A stretch of DNA of 64,000 nucleotides from an uncultured bacterium (GTDB lineage: Bacteria; Krumholzibacteriota; Krumholzibacteriia; LZORAL124-64-63): NCBI GenBank assembly GCA_963727525.1, contig CAVSGO010000007.1, forward strand, positions 1,440,001 through 1,504,000, read 5' to 3'. The position numbers were made by a program, and so were the translations under genes. Below are positions 38,925-48,664 of this stretch, one piece after another. The notes below the pieces were generated by a model. It was not told the origin of the DNA. It did not search any database and worked only from the letters and a program-made list of their open reading frames with translations. The first letter of the stretch is position 1; the number at the start of each line of letters is the position of its first letter.

Positions 38925-39971
38925 CTATGCGTGCGTCGACGAGGCTTCCGCTGCTACAGGGTCGAAGACGAGGTCGTCGACGTTTTCGCGGGGCCGCGTC
39001 GACGGCAACCACGCCGTCCGGCCCAGATCTCCGTGCACGCCCAGTTGCAACGGGCGGACATCGTCGCCACGCAGGAGCAATCGCAGATCCCATGCGAACT
39101 CGTCGTGGCTGTAGGTCTTCACGAGTTCGATCAAATCCGCCAGTTCCTCGCCTCCGGGCAGGAAGGCGCGATAACGAACGTACGGGAGCGGCCCCAGCGT
39201 GATGCGAATCTTCATTTGCCGGTTCCAGATCCGACTTCCGAGTACCGTGGTGCGGCCGAGCGCGCACGTGTCGGCGCCGCTGCCGAGGCGGCTGAATGCG
39301 CGCTCCGGCAGATGCAGCCAATCACCGACGAAGTCGGCCACGCGCACACCGGTCTCGAAGTAGCCGGCGAGCATCGCCTCGAGCCCGTCGACATTCCGCG
39401 TCTGCAGCGCCAGCCTGCCGGCGAAGTGGAGCCGGATCTCGTCGGCCACACCGCCGCGCGAACGCATGGCGGGCATCCCGAGGCCGAACAGCGAGCCCAC
39501 GTAGATGGCGAAGCGATCCGATTGCGGCCGGTCATAGCTCACGACCGGCTGCGCATTGGCCCAGGCCCGGTAGAAGAGGGAGAGCATGCGGTGGTGAAAG
39601 ACGTCGGCGAAACTCGCGAACGCGGTGTCGTGCGCGTTGCGAATCCGATCGTGCGCGAAATCGGTGAGGTGCAACGGCAACGGCCCCTGGGGGCCGAACA
39701 GGCCGAAGAAGTACACCGCGAGCCGGTCCGGGCGTCCGGCCGTACCGCGCTGGAACCCGGCGATGGTGGCAGGGGCGAAGGCCGCGGACGGCGTCTGCCC
39801 CAGCCTCACGGGATCCTCGGCCGCCGTGGTCGATTCGCCTAGGCGCGCCTTGTCCCGGAACTCGGCCTCGATCCGGCGAATCGCCTGGAAGAAGCCGTAC
39901 CGGTACGGCTCCGCCGCGAGCGCCGCGAGGAAATCTACAGGACCTGTCGCCGCCCGAGCCTGATCGGCCAT
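38925..39971 (-). CDS. tssG: T6SS baseplate TssG
   Basis: FFQAIRRIE, FGLFGPQGPLPLH, F.DVFHHR.LSLFYRAW. Confidence 0.97.
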   Translation of the reverse strand: MADQARAATGPVDFLAALAAEPYRYGFFQAIRRIEAEFRDKARLGESTTAAEDPVRLGQTPSAAFAPATIAGFQRGTAGRPDRLAVYFFGLFGPQGPLPLHLTDFAHDRIRNAHDTAFASFADVFHHRMLSLFYRAWANAQPVVSYDRPQSDRFAIYVGSLFGLGMPAMRSRGGVADEIRLHFAGRLALQTRNVDGLEAMLAGYFETGVRVADFVGDWLHLPERAFSRLGSGADTCALGRTTVLGSRIWNRQMKIRITLGPLPYVRYRAFLPGGEELADLIELVKTYSHDEFAWDLRLLLRGDDVRPLQLGVHGDLGRTAWLPSTRPRENVDDLVFDPVAAEASSTHA

Positions 39972-41812
39972 CGGATGATCTCCCCGCGGTCGACCGTGCG
40001 AATCACGGTCTCGGTGAACGAATTGATCGAGGCGTACCGAGCCAGGAAGCGTTCGAGCACCGAACCCAGGAGAAAGGCGCCCGTACCCTCGAAGGCTTCC
40101 TCGGCGAACGTGATCCCCACCTCGACACCGCGGCCCGGCGCACTGGGGCCGTCGCCCGTGAGCAGGCGCGTGACCGAACGCGACGCGACCGACACGACCC
40201 CGTCGATCTGCTTGCGGATCGCCGGCTCGCTGTTCTCGCCGTAGAGCGTCAGGATCTCGCGCAATGCGTCGGCTCCCACCTCCTGGTCGCGATCGACGAG
40301 CGAGAGATAGTTGAGGGTCAGGTGGCTGACGAGGCGCCACGCCGTGTCGCCCTCAGGCTGCGACGGCCGCGGCCGGCTCGGTGGCTGCAGGCAGCGCACG
40401 GTCACCACGGGCGCCCCCGCGACCAGCGAGAAACTGCTCTGGTCATCACTCGTCTGCATGAAGAGAACGAGATCGCGATTCGTGCACAGCGTCTCGACGG
40501 CGAGTTGCTTTACCTCGGGCGCGACCACGCGCTCGTGAGCATCCACGAGCGAGAGGTAGACGTCGCTGCCGATGTAGCTGGATCGCGCCGCGTGACTCGA
40601 GGCCCGTTCGGGTTGCCGGCGCGGCGAGCGCTGGACCGTGTAATACGCACGCTCCTGCGCTCGTCCCTGGCCACGTCCGAGCGAGTAGAACCTGCGGAAC
40701 TCCTGCACATGCTCGTTCTGCGCCCCGTATCCGTTCACGGATTCGACACGATAGACCTCGTAATCGAGTGGCCGCGTGCGATCCGGAATCACCTGGTACG
40801 ACTCCGTCGCGTCGGTCAGGAGAATGCGATCGGTGCGCTTGGGAAAGAGATTGATCGCCGGCGTGACATGCAGCCGGAAGGCCTTGTGATCGATCAGGGT
40901 CTTCAGCTTCGGATCCGCCTGGTTCAGCAGGATGACGATATCGAGCGTCGCACCAGCGCAGCGGCGGACCGCGGGCGCCAGCCCGACGAGTTCGAGGAAC
41001 ATGAACCGCTCCGGCAGCATGAAGTACTCCTGCAGGAGGCGGTATCCCTGAAACGACTGCGGGCCATACGGCAGCATGGCTTGCTCGTCACTGAAGCCGT
41101 ACTGCCGGACACACGTGCGGTCGAGCGAATCGTGCCACGGCGCCGGCCGTTCGCCGGGCTGGATGAGCACGCCCACGGATCTGGCGATGCATAGCTCGTA
41201 GATCCGCATGGCCAGCCCGTGCCGGCCCGCGAGGTGGATCACCAGGCGATCGAGGGCCAGCTCGCTGAACCCGCCGCTCGCGGTGGTTTCCAGGCGCAGG
41301 CGCAGCCCAGCCGCCGCCTGTCGGCCCCGGGCCGCCGCCACCTTGCCGAGGTCACCGAGGTTGTTGATGTACTCGGCCTCGGTCAGCTTGATCGGCCAGA
41401 GGGTGACGTCGTGGGCAGTACGGAACTCGCAGGGCGTGAGGTCGGTCGCCATCATCTTTGCCCGCAGCGCGCTCCCGCGCGGCACCGGGAAGCCCGCGGT
41501 GAGCGAGCCGTCGAGCATATCGGGTTCCAGCTCCACCATCGCCGCCGCGGGCACCGGCGCGAGGCACTGGGGATAGACCATCTCCAGGAGATGCTGCGTG
41601 AAACGGGGATACTCGGCGTCGATCTTCAGCTGCACCCGCGCCGCAAGGAATGCGAAGCCCTCGAGCAGGCGCTCCACGTAGGGATCGGCGCACTCGAGAC
41701 CTTCGAGGCTCAGACGTCCTGCGATCTTGGGATAGGCCTCGGCATACTCCGCCCCCATCTCCCGGACGTGCTGGAGTTCCTGGTTGTAATATTTGAGCAG
41801 GCGCGGATCCAT
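39935..41812 (-). CDS. tssF: T6SS baseplate TssF
   Basis: MDPRLLKYYNQEL, DPYVERLLEGFAFLAAR, GYRLLQEYF, WRLVSHLTLNYLSL, YASINSF. Confidence 0.98.
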   Translation of the reverse strand: MDPRLLKYYNQELQHVREMGAEYAEAYPKIAGRLSLEGLECADPYVERLLEGFAFLAARVQLKIDAEYPRFTQHLLEMVYPQCLAPVPAAAMVELEPDMLDGSLTAGFPVPRGSALRAKMMATDLTPCEFRTAHDVTLWPIKLTEAEYINNLGDLGKVAAARGRQAAAGLRLRLETTASGGFSELALDRLVIHLAGRHGLAMRIYELCIARSVGVLIQPGERPAPWHDSLDRTCVRQYGFSDEQAMLPYGPQSFQGYRLLQEYFMLPERFMFLELVGLAPAVRRCAGATLDIVILLNQADPKLKTLIDHKAFRLHVTPAINLFPKRTDRILLTDATESYQVIPDRTRPLDYEVYRVESVNGYGAQNEHVQEFRRFYSLGRGQGRAQERAYYTVQRSPRRQPERASSHAARSSYIGSDVYLSLVDAHERVVAPEVKQLAVETLCTNRDLVLFMQTSDDQSSFSLVAGAPVVTVRCLQPPSRPRPSQPEGDTAWRLVSHLTLNYLSLVDRDQEVGADALREILTLYGENSEPAIRKQIDGVVSVASRSVTRLLTGDGPSAPGRGVEVGITFAEEAFEGTGAFLLGSVLERFLARYASINSFTETVIRTVDRGEIIRWPIRLGRRQVL

Positions 41813-42327
41813 CAGGTCTCGTCTCGCTCGTCCTGACCGGTGATCGTGAACGTCCCCAGCTCGAGATCGACCGCCGTCCTCAGGTAGAGATGCCAGGGCA
41901 CCGGCTCGGCCCACAGCATGCCCTCGATATCGAACGTCAGCGCCATCGGCATCCCGGCGGTGTCGTCCCGCGTGAGTCTCACCTGAACCGTATCCCGCAA
42001 GATCCGCGGCTCGAACCGCCAGATCGCCTCACGCAGCCGTATTTCCATCTCCCGCGCTTCCACCCGCGATGGCTGTATCCCGGCGAGATGGGGAATGCCA
42101 TAGTTGAGTGTCGAGGCCGCCACCTCAGGGTAGCGCTCCAGATCCTCCACCGCGTCGAGATTACCCGTGTTGAGCAGCCAGGTCAGATCCCGCAACACGC
42201 ACTGGCGCAGTTCCTGCATCGTCAGGACCTGCCGGTCCGCCGACTCCCGTCGCTGCGTCGGCTCGTCGTCCGTGAGGCGATCGAGGAGGGACGGCTGCAG
42301 TCGATCCTGCGGCTGCAGCCTAGGCAT
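41812..42327 (-). CDS. tssE: T6SS baseplate TssE (gp25-like)
   Basis: LQPSLLDRL.D, RDL.WLLN, NYGIP, I.RFEPRI. Confidence 0.96.
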   Translation of the reverse strand: MPRLQPQDRLQPSLLDRLTDDEPTQRRESADRQVLTMQELRQCVLRDLTWLLNTGNLDAVEDLERYPEVAASTLNYGIPHLAGIQPSRVEAREMEIRLREAIWRFEPRILRDTVQVRLTRDDTAGMPMALTFDIEGMLWAEPVPWHLYLRTAVDLELGTFTITGQDERDET

Positions 42328-43153
42328 GGTACGATTCCCGATCCGCGTCGCCGGAGCCGGCCGGGACCGTATCGAGGACGATGAGGCGGGTATCCATGAG
42401 AGGATGATCACCGGCGTCGGTCGCGAACATGCGCTGCCCTAGCCCGCGAAACGCGTCTTCCCCGCACGCGGCCCATTCCGTCCGCCGCGCGAGCTGGAGC
42501 TGACCGTCGCCGCTCGTATCCGTCCCCGGATACCGCGTCGGGATCAGGCCCACCAATTCGCCCCCGTTGGCCCAGGTGAATTGCGCGGGCATCCACACGA
42601 TATCTCGCAGATCGGCGGGCGCCTCGATCTCGACCCGAGCGATACGCTGGAACGGCACCCACGCGTAGCGCCCGTTGATGATGACCTCGAGCATCGGTCC
42701 GAGCCGACTGTCGGCATCGGCGATCCAGGCGCAAGGTGACTCGTCCACCTTGCCACCGGTCGCAGGTGCCTCGGCGAACGCGCGCGCGCGCAGGTCATCC
42801 GCTTCACGCTGGTCGCCTGCCCCGAGGCGTTGGAGCGATTCGAGCAGCAATGCCATCCAGGGATCGGGTTCTCCGAAGACGACCGGCGTGCGCCGGCCGG
42901 CGAAGATCTCGGCCCTGAGCGCCTCGCACTGGATCGCAGGTCGATACGTGCCGACCATGGGCAACGACTCGTGGTCAAGGTTCTCGAGCACGCTGAGCTG
43001 CTTCAGAGCGCGGTCCCACTGGCCCAGCACGACCTGCAACTGGAAGAGGAAGATCCGGTGCTTCGGGTTGGCCGGTTCGCCGCGCACCCGCGACTCGAGC
43101 TGGGCCAGAGTCTCCGCGAGGGCGTCCGGGTGCAGCGAAAGTTCGGACGTCAT
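42320..43153 (-). CDS. tagJ: T6SS accessory TagJ (ImpE/SciE)
   Basis: LFQL..V.GQWDRA..QL, WIADADSRLGP.LE, DLRD.VW.PA, IPTRYPG, GLGQR. Confidence 0.95.
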   Translation of the reverse strand: MTSELSLHPDALAETLAQLESRVRGEPANPKHRIFLFQLQVVLGQWDRALKQLSVLENLDHESLPMVGTYRPAIQCEALRAEIFAGRRTPVVFGEPDPWMALLLESLQRLGAGDQREADDLRARAFAEAPATGGKVDESPCAWIADADSRLGPMLEVIINGRYAWVPFQRIARVEIEAPADLRDIVWMPAQFTWANGGELVGLIPTRYPGTDTSGDGQLQLARRTEWAACGEDAFRGLGQRMFATDAGDHPLMDTRLIVLDTVPAGSGDADRESYHA

Positions 43154-43200
43154 GAGTCATTCCTTCAGTATGCGGAGGCGAGCAGCCCGAAAGCGCTGGC

Positions 43201-43290
43201 GTCGCCAGGAACGGCGACTACGCGGCTGCGGCGCCGGCACGGCCAGCCGCAGAGAGCGCGGCGAAGAGAGGATCACCTCTCCTCGCGCGC
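43201..43290 (-). other. Three adjacent stem-loops between hcp and tagJ
   Basis: GTCGCC/GGCGAC, GCGGCTG/CAGCCGC and GCGCGGCGAAGAGAGG/CCTCTCCTCGCGCGC inverted pairs. Confidence 0.5.
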
Positions 43291-43319
43291 CTCCACGACA
43301 ATGTTGCCCGACGGCGCGC

Positions 43320-43802
43320 CTAGAGCTCCACGTTGCCGGGAATGTTCCACTTGAATTCCTTCGCCGCCGCGCCCGTGCCATCGGGGTTCTGCGGTGTGTA
43401 GGCGAAATCGAACTCCCCGAAGTTGAGCGTCACGTTCTCCGTCAAGCGATCCTCGCCGCCGCTGCCGCCCGTCGACACCGACGCCACGATGATCTTCCGC
43501 ATCTTCAAGATGATGTACTCGAGCGGCGTGCCGCCCGCCTTGCGCACCGTCAGGGTGCCTTCCTCGATGTGGGTACCCTTGTGGCAATGCTTGAGGAGGA
43601 TGTGCGACGACGAATCCACGTACTTCGTCACCGAGAGGTCCTGTACGGCGACCTTGCCAGCCCCGCCACCGGAACCGAGATGCATCGTACCCGACTGCGA
43701 CGCGCCCCACGACCAGGCGAGCACGTCGATATCTCCGGCATGAACCTCGTCGCTCGACTCACCATCGATGGCTTTCAGATTGAGAAACATGTCAACTGCC
43801 AT
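43320..43802 (-). CDS. hcp: T6SS tube protein Hcp
   Basis: MAVDMFL...I.GES....H..DIDVLAWSWG, TKYVD.SS, ENVTLNF. Confidence 0.98.
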   Translation of the reverse strand: MAVDMFLNLKAIDGESSDEVHAGDIDVLAWSWGASQSGTMHLGSGGGAGKVAVQDLSVTKYVDSSSHILLKHCHKGTHIEEGTLTVRKAGGTPLEYIILKMRKIIVASVSTGGSGGEDRLTENVTLNFGEFDFAYTPQNPDGTGAAAKEFKWNIPGNVEL

Positions 43803-43902
43803 GACTCGACTCCTTGCTTCTATCACCTAATGACAATCACCTGTCTACTGGCCTCGCTACGCTGTATGAGACTCAACCGGCCGCCTGCAGCCACCGCCAC
43901 CA

Positions 43903-45396
43903 TCAAGCTCCTTTCTCCGCCGGCAACTTCGACACCAGTCGCAGGGAGACGGTAAGCCCCTCGAGCTGGTAGTGAGGGCGCAGAAAGAACGCCGAATTGT
44001 AATAGCCGGGATTCTCGGGATTTTCCTCGACCCGGACCTCCGCCGCCGCCAGCGGCTTCCTTGCCTTCGTCGCCTCCGATGAATTCGCCGGGTCACCGTC
44101 GACGTACTGCGTGATCCAGGTCTGCAGGTACTTCTGTAGCGGCTCGCGCTCCATGTTGGCACCCACCTTGTCGCGCACCATGCACTTGAGGTAGTGCGCA
44201 AAGCGGCACGTCGCGAACAGGTACGGCAACCGCGCACCCAGATTGGCGTTGCTCGTCGCATCCTCATCATCGAAGACGGGCGGCTTGTGCAGCGATTGCG
44301 CGCCGATGAAGGCCGCCGCATCCGAATTCTTCCGGTGCAGGAGGGGCATGAACCCGTTCTTGGCCAGCTCCGCCTCCCGCCGGTCCGCGATCGCGATCTC
44401 CGTCGGGCACTTCATGTCCACGCCGCCGTCGTCCGTCGGGAACGTGTGTGTCGGCAAACTCAGCACCGAACCGCCGGATTCGACGCCGCGGATCCGCGAG
44501 CACCAGCCCCACTCCTTGAACGACCGCGTGACGTTCGCAGCCATCGCGTAAGCCGAGTTCGCCCAGGCGAACTTGCTGTGGTCGCCGCCGGCCGTCTCCT
44601 CCTCGAACGCGAATTCGTCCACGGGCTCGCCCCTGGCGCCGTACGGGAGACGCGAGAGGAACCGCGGCATCGCGAGACCGACGAAGCGCGCGTCGTCCGA
44701 TTCGCGCAATGAGCGCCAGGCCGCGTAATCCGGCGTGGTGAAGATCTTCGTGAGATCGCGCGGGTCGCTCAGCTCCTGCCAGCTATCCATGTTCATGAGC
44801 TTCGGGTCGGCTCCGGCGATGAACGGCGCAAAGCACGACGCAGCGATCTGCGCCATGCCTCCCAGCAGCTCGACGTCGGCGGGGCTGTGGTCGAAGTAAT
44901 AGTCGCCGACGAGGCAGCCATACGGCTCACCGCCGAACATTCCGTACTCTTCCTCGTAGACCTTCTTGAAGATCGGCGACTGATCCCAGGCCGTGCCCTT
45001 GTACTTCTTCAACGTCTTGCCGAGATCCTTCTTCGAGATGTTCATGACGCGGATCTTGAGCATCTCGTCCGTCTCGGTATTGTTGACGAGGTAGTGCAGG
45101 CCGCGCCAGGCCCCCTCGAGCTTCTGGAAATCGGGGTGATGGAGGATCTGGTTGATCTGCTCGGTGAGCTTGCGGTCGAGTTCCGCGACCATCGCCTCGA
45201 TCGTCTCGATCGCGTCGTCGGCAATCAGCGTGCTGGCCGCGACGGCCTGGGCCGCCAGAGTGCCGATGGCATTCTTCACCGCCTGATTCGCCTGGTCCGA
45301 CTTCGGTTTGAATTCCTTCTTGAGCAGGTTCTCGAACTCGCTCATCTCCAGCGTACCCTGATCCGGAGCCCCGGATTCGCGCTTTTCCTCGGCCAT
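43903..45396 (-). CDS. tssC: T6SS sheath large subunit TssC (VipB)
   Basis: ILHHPDFQKLEGAWRGL, YEEEYGMFGGEP, CPTEIAI.DRRE.EL, LPYLF...RFAHYLK. Confidence 0.98.
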   Translation of the reverse strand: MAEEKRESGAPDQGTLEMSEFENLLKKEFKPKSDQANQAVKNAIGTLAAQAVAASTLIADDAIETIEAMVAELDRKLTEQINQILHHPDFQKLEGAWRGLHYLVNNTETDEMLKIRVMNISKKDLGKTLKKYKGTAWDQSPIFKKVYEEEYGMFGGEPYGCLVGDYYFDHSPADVELLGGMAQIAASCFAPFIAGADPKLMNMDSWQELSDPRDLTKIFTTPDYAAWRSLRESDDARFVGLAMPRFLSRLPYGARGEPVDEFAFEEETAGGDHSKFAWANSAYAMAANVTRSFKEWGWCSRIRGVESGGSVLSLPTHTFPTDDGGVDMKCPTEIAIADRREAELAKNGFMPLLHRKNSDAAAFIGAQSLHKPPVFDDEDATSNANLGARLPYLFATCRFAHYLKCMVRDKVGANMEREPLQKYLQTWITQYVDGDPANSSEATKARKPLAAAEVRVEENPENPGYYNSAFFLRPHYQLEGLTVSLRLVSKLPAEKGA

Positions 45397-45401
45397 CTCG
45401 A

Positions 45402-45953
45402 TCACTCCTCGCCTGAAGGTTGCTGGGCTCCGTCGCCCGCCTCGGTCGAGCCTTGCGCCGCCGGATTCGGCGTCGACGCCAGCGCCTGCAGCAGACTCGG
45501 ATCCTTGAGCATCCGCTCGATCAGAGGATAGGTGCCACTCTTCCCATCCATGTAGGTCAGCAGGTTGGACAGTTGCTGGCGAGCATCGAGCAGCTCCTTC
45601 AATGCACCCACCCGCCGGGCCACCGCCGCCGGCGAGAAGTCCTCCATGTTCTCGAAGGTGAGATCGATGCTGAGATTGCCCTCGCCCGTGAGCGTATTCG
45701 GCACCGTGAATGCCACCCGCGGCTTCATCGCCTTCAACCGGTCGTCGAAGTTGTCCACGTCGATGGCGAGGAACTTGCGGCCCGCGACGTCGCCCGGTGG
45801 CTCCTTGGAGCTGCCCGAAAGGTCTGCCATGACGCCCATGACGAAGGGCAACTGGACCCTCTTCTCGGCTCCATAGGTCTCGACGTCATATTCGATCTGC
45901 ACCCGGGGGGCACGATTCCTCCCGATAAATTTCTGACTGCTAGGTTTCGCCAC
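45402..45953 (-). CDS. tssB: T6SS sheath small subunit TssB (VipA)
   Basis: RAPRVQIEYDVE, LPFVMGVMADLSG, DNFD, F..MEDFSP. Confidence 0.98.
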   Translation of the reverse strand: MAKPSSQKFIGRNRAPRVQIEYDVETYGAEKRVQLPFVMGVMADLSGSSKEPPGDVAGRKFLAIDVDNFDDRLKAMKPRVAFTVPNTLTGEGNLSIDLTFENMEDFSPAAVARRVGALKELLDARQQLSNLLTYMDGKSGTYPLIERMLKDPSLLQALASTPNPAAQGSTEAGDGAQQPSGEE

Positions 45954-46026
45954 GGGGCACCTCCTCCGACTACGGCAATGAAAGACGGCACACTCGAATT
46001 GTCACCGCGGCCATTCGCGCGGCCAG

Positions 46027-47037
46027 CTACTCGGATTCGCGACCGATGATCTTCTCTACCTCCTGAACGCCTGCCGGTGCGAGATCTCGGACGATGTCGA
46101 CGAACCCCTTCGAGACGAGCTTCTTGGCCCGGCGCAGGAGCAAAGGCACCGGGCTCGACGGCTCGTGCTTCTGGAAATAGTCGCAGATCTGATCCAGAAG
46201 CCGGATCGCGTCTTCCCGGGATCGGATCTCGCCAGGCGCCGCCGGCACCATGGCCTGTTCGACATCAGTCGTCACCGGACCACCTCCGTGACGCGCCACC
46301 TGGTTCGCCAGCAACTCGCTCAGGTCCTTCAACATGCCCTGCAAGGGTGCGAAGCTCACGGCCTGCGTGGGCCCTACCTTCTCCATGAGGGTCGTCTCGA
46401 TCGATTCGACGAGGCCCGGCGCCTGGCTGCTCGCTTCGGCATTCGCACGGAGCTCGTCGACATCGCCGGCCAGAAACGCCGCCTCGATATGCGAGACCTC
46501 GGGCACCGTTGCTCCATCCTGCGCCGTCGCCGGCATCTTGCCGGTCGCGACGAGGTAGTCCTGGAACGTGTAGTTGCCGATGCCCCGAGCGCTCGCCACC
46601 TGCAAACCCCGCACCGACCGTAGAGTTTCCAGGCTGCACAGATTCAGAAGGGTGTTCACGCGTAGGGTGGGATCGTTGCCGTCGCTCGGATCGAGCGCAG
46701 GATGACAGGTCTCCCAGTAGCGTTCGATCAACCCATGGACCACCGTAAGGCCGTCGCGCAAACCCGGCAGGCCGTGCGTGGCGATCAGCGCGCGCGTGAG
46801 AAAGACGGCCACGCGCAGGTCCCGAGTCCTGGTGAAGAGTTCGCGCGCGTTGCGCTCCACTGCGCGCCAGTCGGCCTCCTCGCCCGGCAGGACCGAGTCG
46901 CCGACCTTCTGTTCTTCCTTGCCGCGGGCCAGCTGCTCCATCGCGACGAAAGCATCGTCATACTCGAGATCGTCACCGCAAGGCGCCTCGGCAGACAAAG
47001 GTTGCAACATCTCGTCGGTATTGAGCACCTGAGCCAT
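46027..47037 (-). CDS. tssA: Short-type TssA (ImpA N-terminal domain)
   Basis: PCG.DLEYD..F, DW..V, T.DLRVA, W...HP.LD, I.SREDA...LD.IC.YF..HEPSSPVP. Confidence 0.95.
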   Translation of the reverse strand: MAQVLNTDEMLQPLSAEAPCGDDLEYDDAFVAMEQLARGKEEQKVGDSVLPGEEADWRAVERNARELFTRTRDLRVAVFLTRALIATHGLPGLRDGLTVVHGLIERYWETCHPALDPSDGNDPTLRVNTLLNLCSLETLRSVRGLQVASARGIGNYTFQDYLVATGKMPATAQDGATVPEVSHIEAAFLAGDVDELRANAEASSQAPGLVESIETTLMEKVGPTQAVSFAPLQGMLKDLSELLANQVARHGGGPVTTDVEQAMVPAAPGEIRSREDAIRLLDQICDYFQKHEPSSPVPLLLRRAKKLVSKGFVDIVRDLAPAGVQEVEKIIGRESE

Positions 47038-47152
47038 ATTGTGTCACGTCGTTTGAGCGAGCCCGTTCGTTCCGCCGACCGGAGTGACGGCGGCAACTTC
47101 TTGAAAAGCGCGGACTTAAACAACCGGCGCCGACTCCGCGCCCTCCCGCGCC

Positions 47153-47181
47153 AGACTAGTGGAGGGGCGTTGTCCTGTCAA
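47153..47181 (-). promoter_or_regulatory. Internal sigma-70 promoter upstream of tssA
   Basis: Minus strand TTGACA (47181-47176) N17 TAGTCT (47158-47153). Confidence 0.6.
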
Positions 47182-47225
47182 TATCGAATAACCTGTAAAC
47201 GCCGTGGCGCGAGGGACATGAGAAC

Positions 47226-48653
47226 TCAGTCGCCTCGCAGAGATACGCCGGTGCCTGCAAGAGTTTGCAAGGTCGCAACCGAGATTGCGGCGCGATCCTT
47301 GTGGCTACATAGCGGGATCAATCCCCGCGAGACGAGTCCCTGGATCGCGCGCTCACTCAACCACACCTCGGCACAAGGCTGCATGATCCTGGTCCCGTCG
47401 TGGTCATGCACGGAGAGCGGAAAGCCGTCGAGCGTGAGTTGATCGCGCGGTGTCGATACAGTCGCCATTGCGTGGCGCCGCACGAGCATGAGCGCACAGA
47501 CGTGCGCCGGATTGCCCCACAGGAATGACGTGTGCACCGGAGCCCCGGGCATCTCGTCGAAGGGAAAGGCATCGATCGGATCGGTGCCCGGACCATACGG
47601 CAACCGAAGCAATGCCCGGGGCCAGGCGAGGCCCACGCCGGCCGCTTCGGGGGCCCGGCGCAGCGATTCCCAGTCGGTCTGGAGCGTGACTTCCGGAGCG
47701 GCCCACAGCGCGTCATCCAGCCGCGCCTCGCGCGGCGAGAAACCCACCACCGCAGGATCGGCGGCCGCCAGGAAGACGCTGCCGACCCGCGCTGCGATGG
47801 CCCCGAGGCCCCGCAGGAGGAATACGTCCTCGTCGCTGTCGCCGAAAGCGTAATCGCCGATCACGAGCGACCAGCCGCGCGCACCATGCACCTCGACCTC
47901 GGGCGCGATGATGCGACGATACAGGTTGGCCTCGTCCAGGTGCCCCGAAACGGCGCGCAGATCGTCGCACAGTTCGGCCTTCGTCACGTCGCAGATCACC
48001 ACCTCGTGCTCGTCCCCGTCGTCCAGGTTCTGCACGAGCCAGGCCAGGCTCCGCCAGGTGGCCTCCACCGCCTGGAACGCGGGGTGATGCAGGATCGCGC
48101 GCATGCGGTCGGCGATCGCGCGGTCGCAGGCGGCGTCGCTGGCGTGCTGTCCGGGATCCGGAGCGGGCGCGACATGCGGTGCCACGATCTCGCGGATCAT
48201 GCGGTCCACGGGCGTGGACGGCGGGTCGTCGCCGGATTCGCGGGGCTCCCCCAGGAGCCGTGCCAGGGTCTCGGCATCGCCCTCGCCGGACACGGACCGA
48301 TCGCGCCCATCGTCGCGGCATCGTTGCAAGGCCGTGAAATCGCCCACCTGGTCGCGGAGTGCGTCGGGGTGGAAATCGTCCATTGCCGCGATGGCGATCG
48401 TGGTCGCGGGTTCGGTGGGATCCGCGGGCTCCAGCCTGATGCGGGGCGCCAGGCGCGCCATCAGCTCGTCGATGCCCAGGACATCCACCGGATGGAGCAT
48501 CGGTACCGTCGGGGCGGCCGCGTTACTGCCCGTGCCACGCCCGCGAAAATCGCCGAGTACGAGGATGCGCCCCGGCGCCTCATCCCGCTGCCGACTCCGC
48601 GCAGCGGGTCCCGGGCGTCCGAACGTGAAGCGAAATTCCGAATCGTCCCTCAT
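47226..48653 (-). CDS. TssB-TssC fusion paralogue (sheath-like protein, C-terminally shortened)
   Basis: N-terminal ILVLGDF.G, MDDFHPDAL (TssB-like) followed by ILHHPAFQAVEATWRSL, GDY.F, W.SLR, PR.LLRLPYG, WGN (TssC-like). Confidence 0.85.
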   Translation of the reverse strand: MRDDSEFRFTFGRPGPAARSRQRDEAPGRILVLGDFRGRGTGSNAAAPTVPMLHPVDVLGIDELMARLAPRIRLEPADPTEPATTIAIAAMDDFHPDALRDQVGDFTALQRCRDDGRDRSVSGEGDAETLARLLGEPRESGDDPPSTPVDRMIREIVAPHVAPAPDPGQHASDAACDRAIADRMRAILHHPAFQAVEATWRSLAWLVQNLDDGDEHEVVICDVTKAELCDDLRAVSGHLDEANLYRRIIAPEVEVHGARGWSLVIGDYAFGDSDEDVFLLRGLGAIAARVGSVFLAAADPAVVGFSPREARLDDALWAAPEVTLQTDWESLRRAPEAAGVGLAWPRALLRLPYGPGTDPIDAFPFDEMPGAPVHTSFLWGNPAHVCALMLVRRHAMATVSTPRDQLTLDGFPLSVHDHDGTRIMQPCAEVWLSERAIQGLVSRGLIPLCSHKDRAAISVATLQTLAGTGVSLRGD

Positions 48654-48664
48654 CGCGTGACCTC

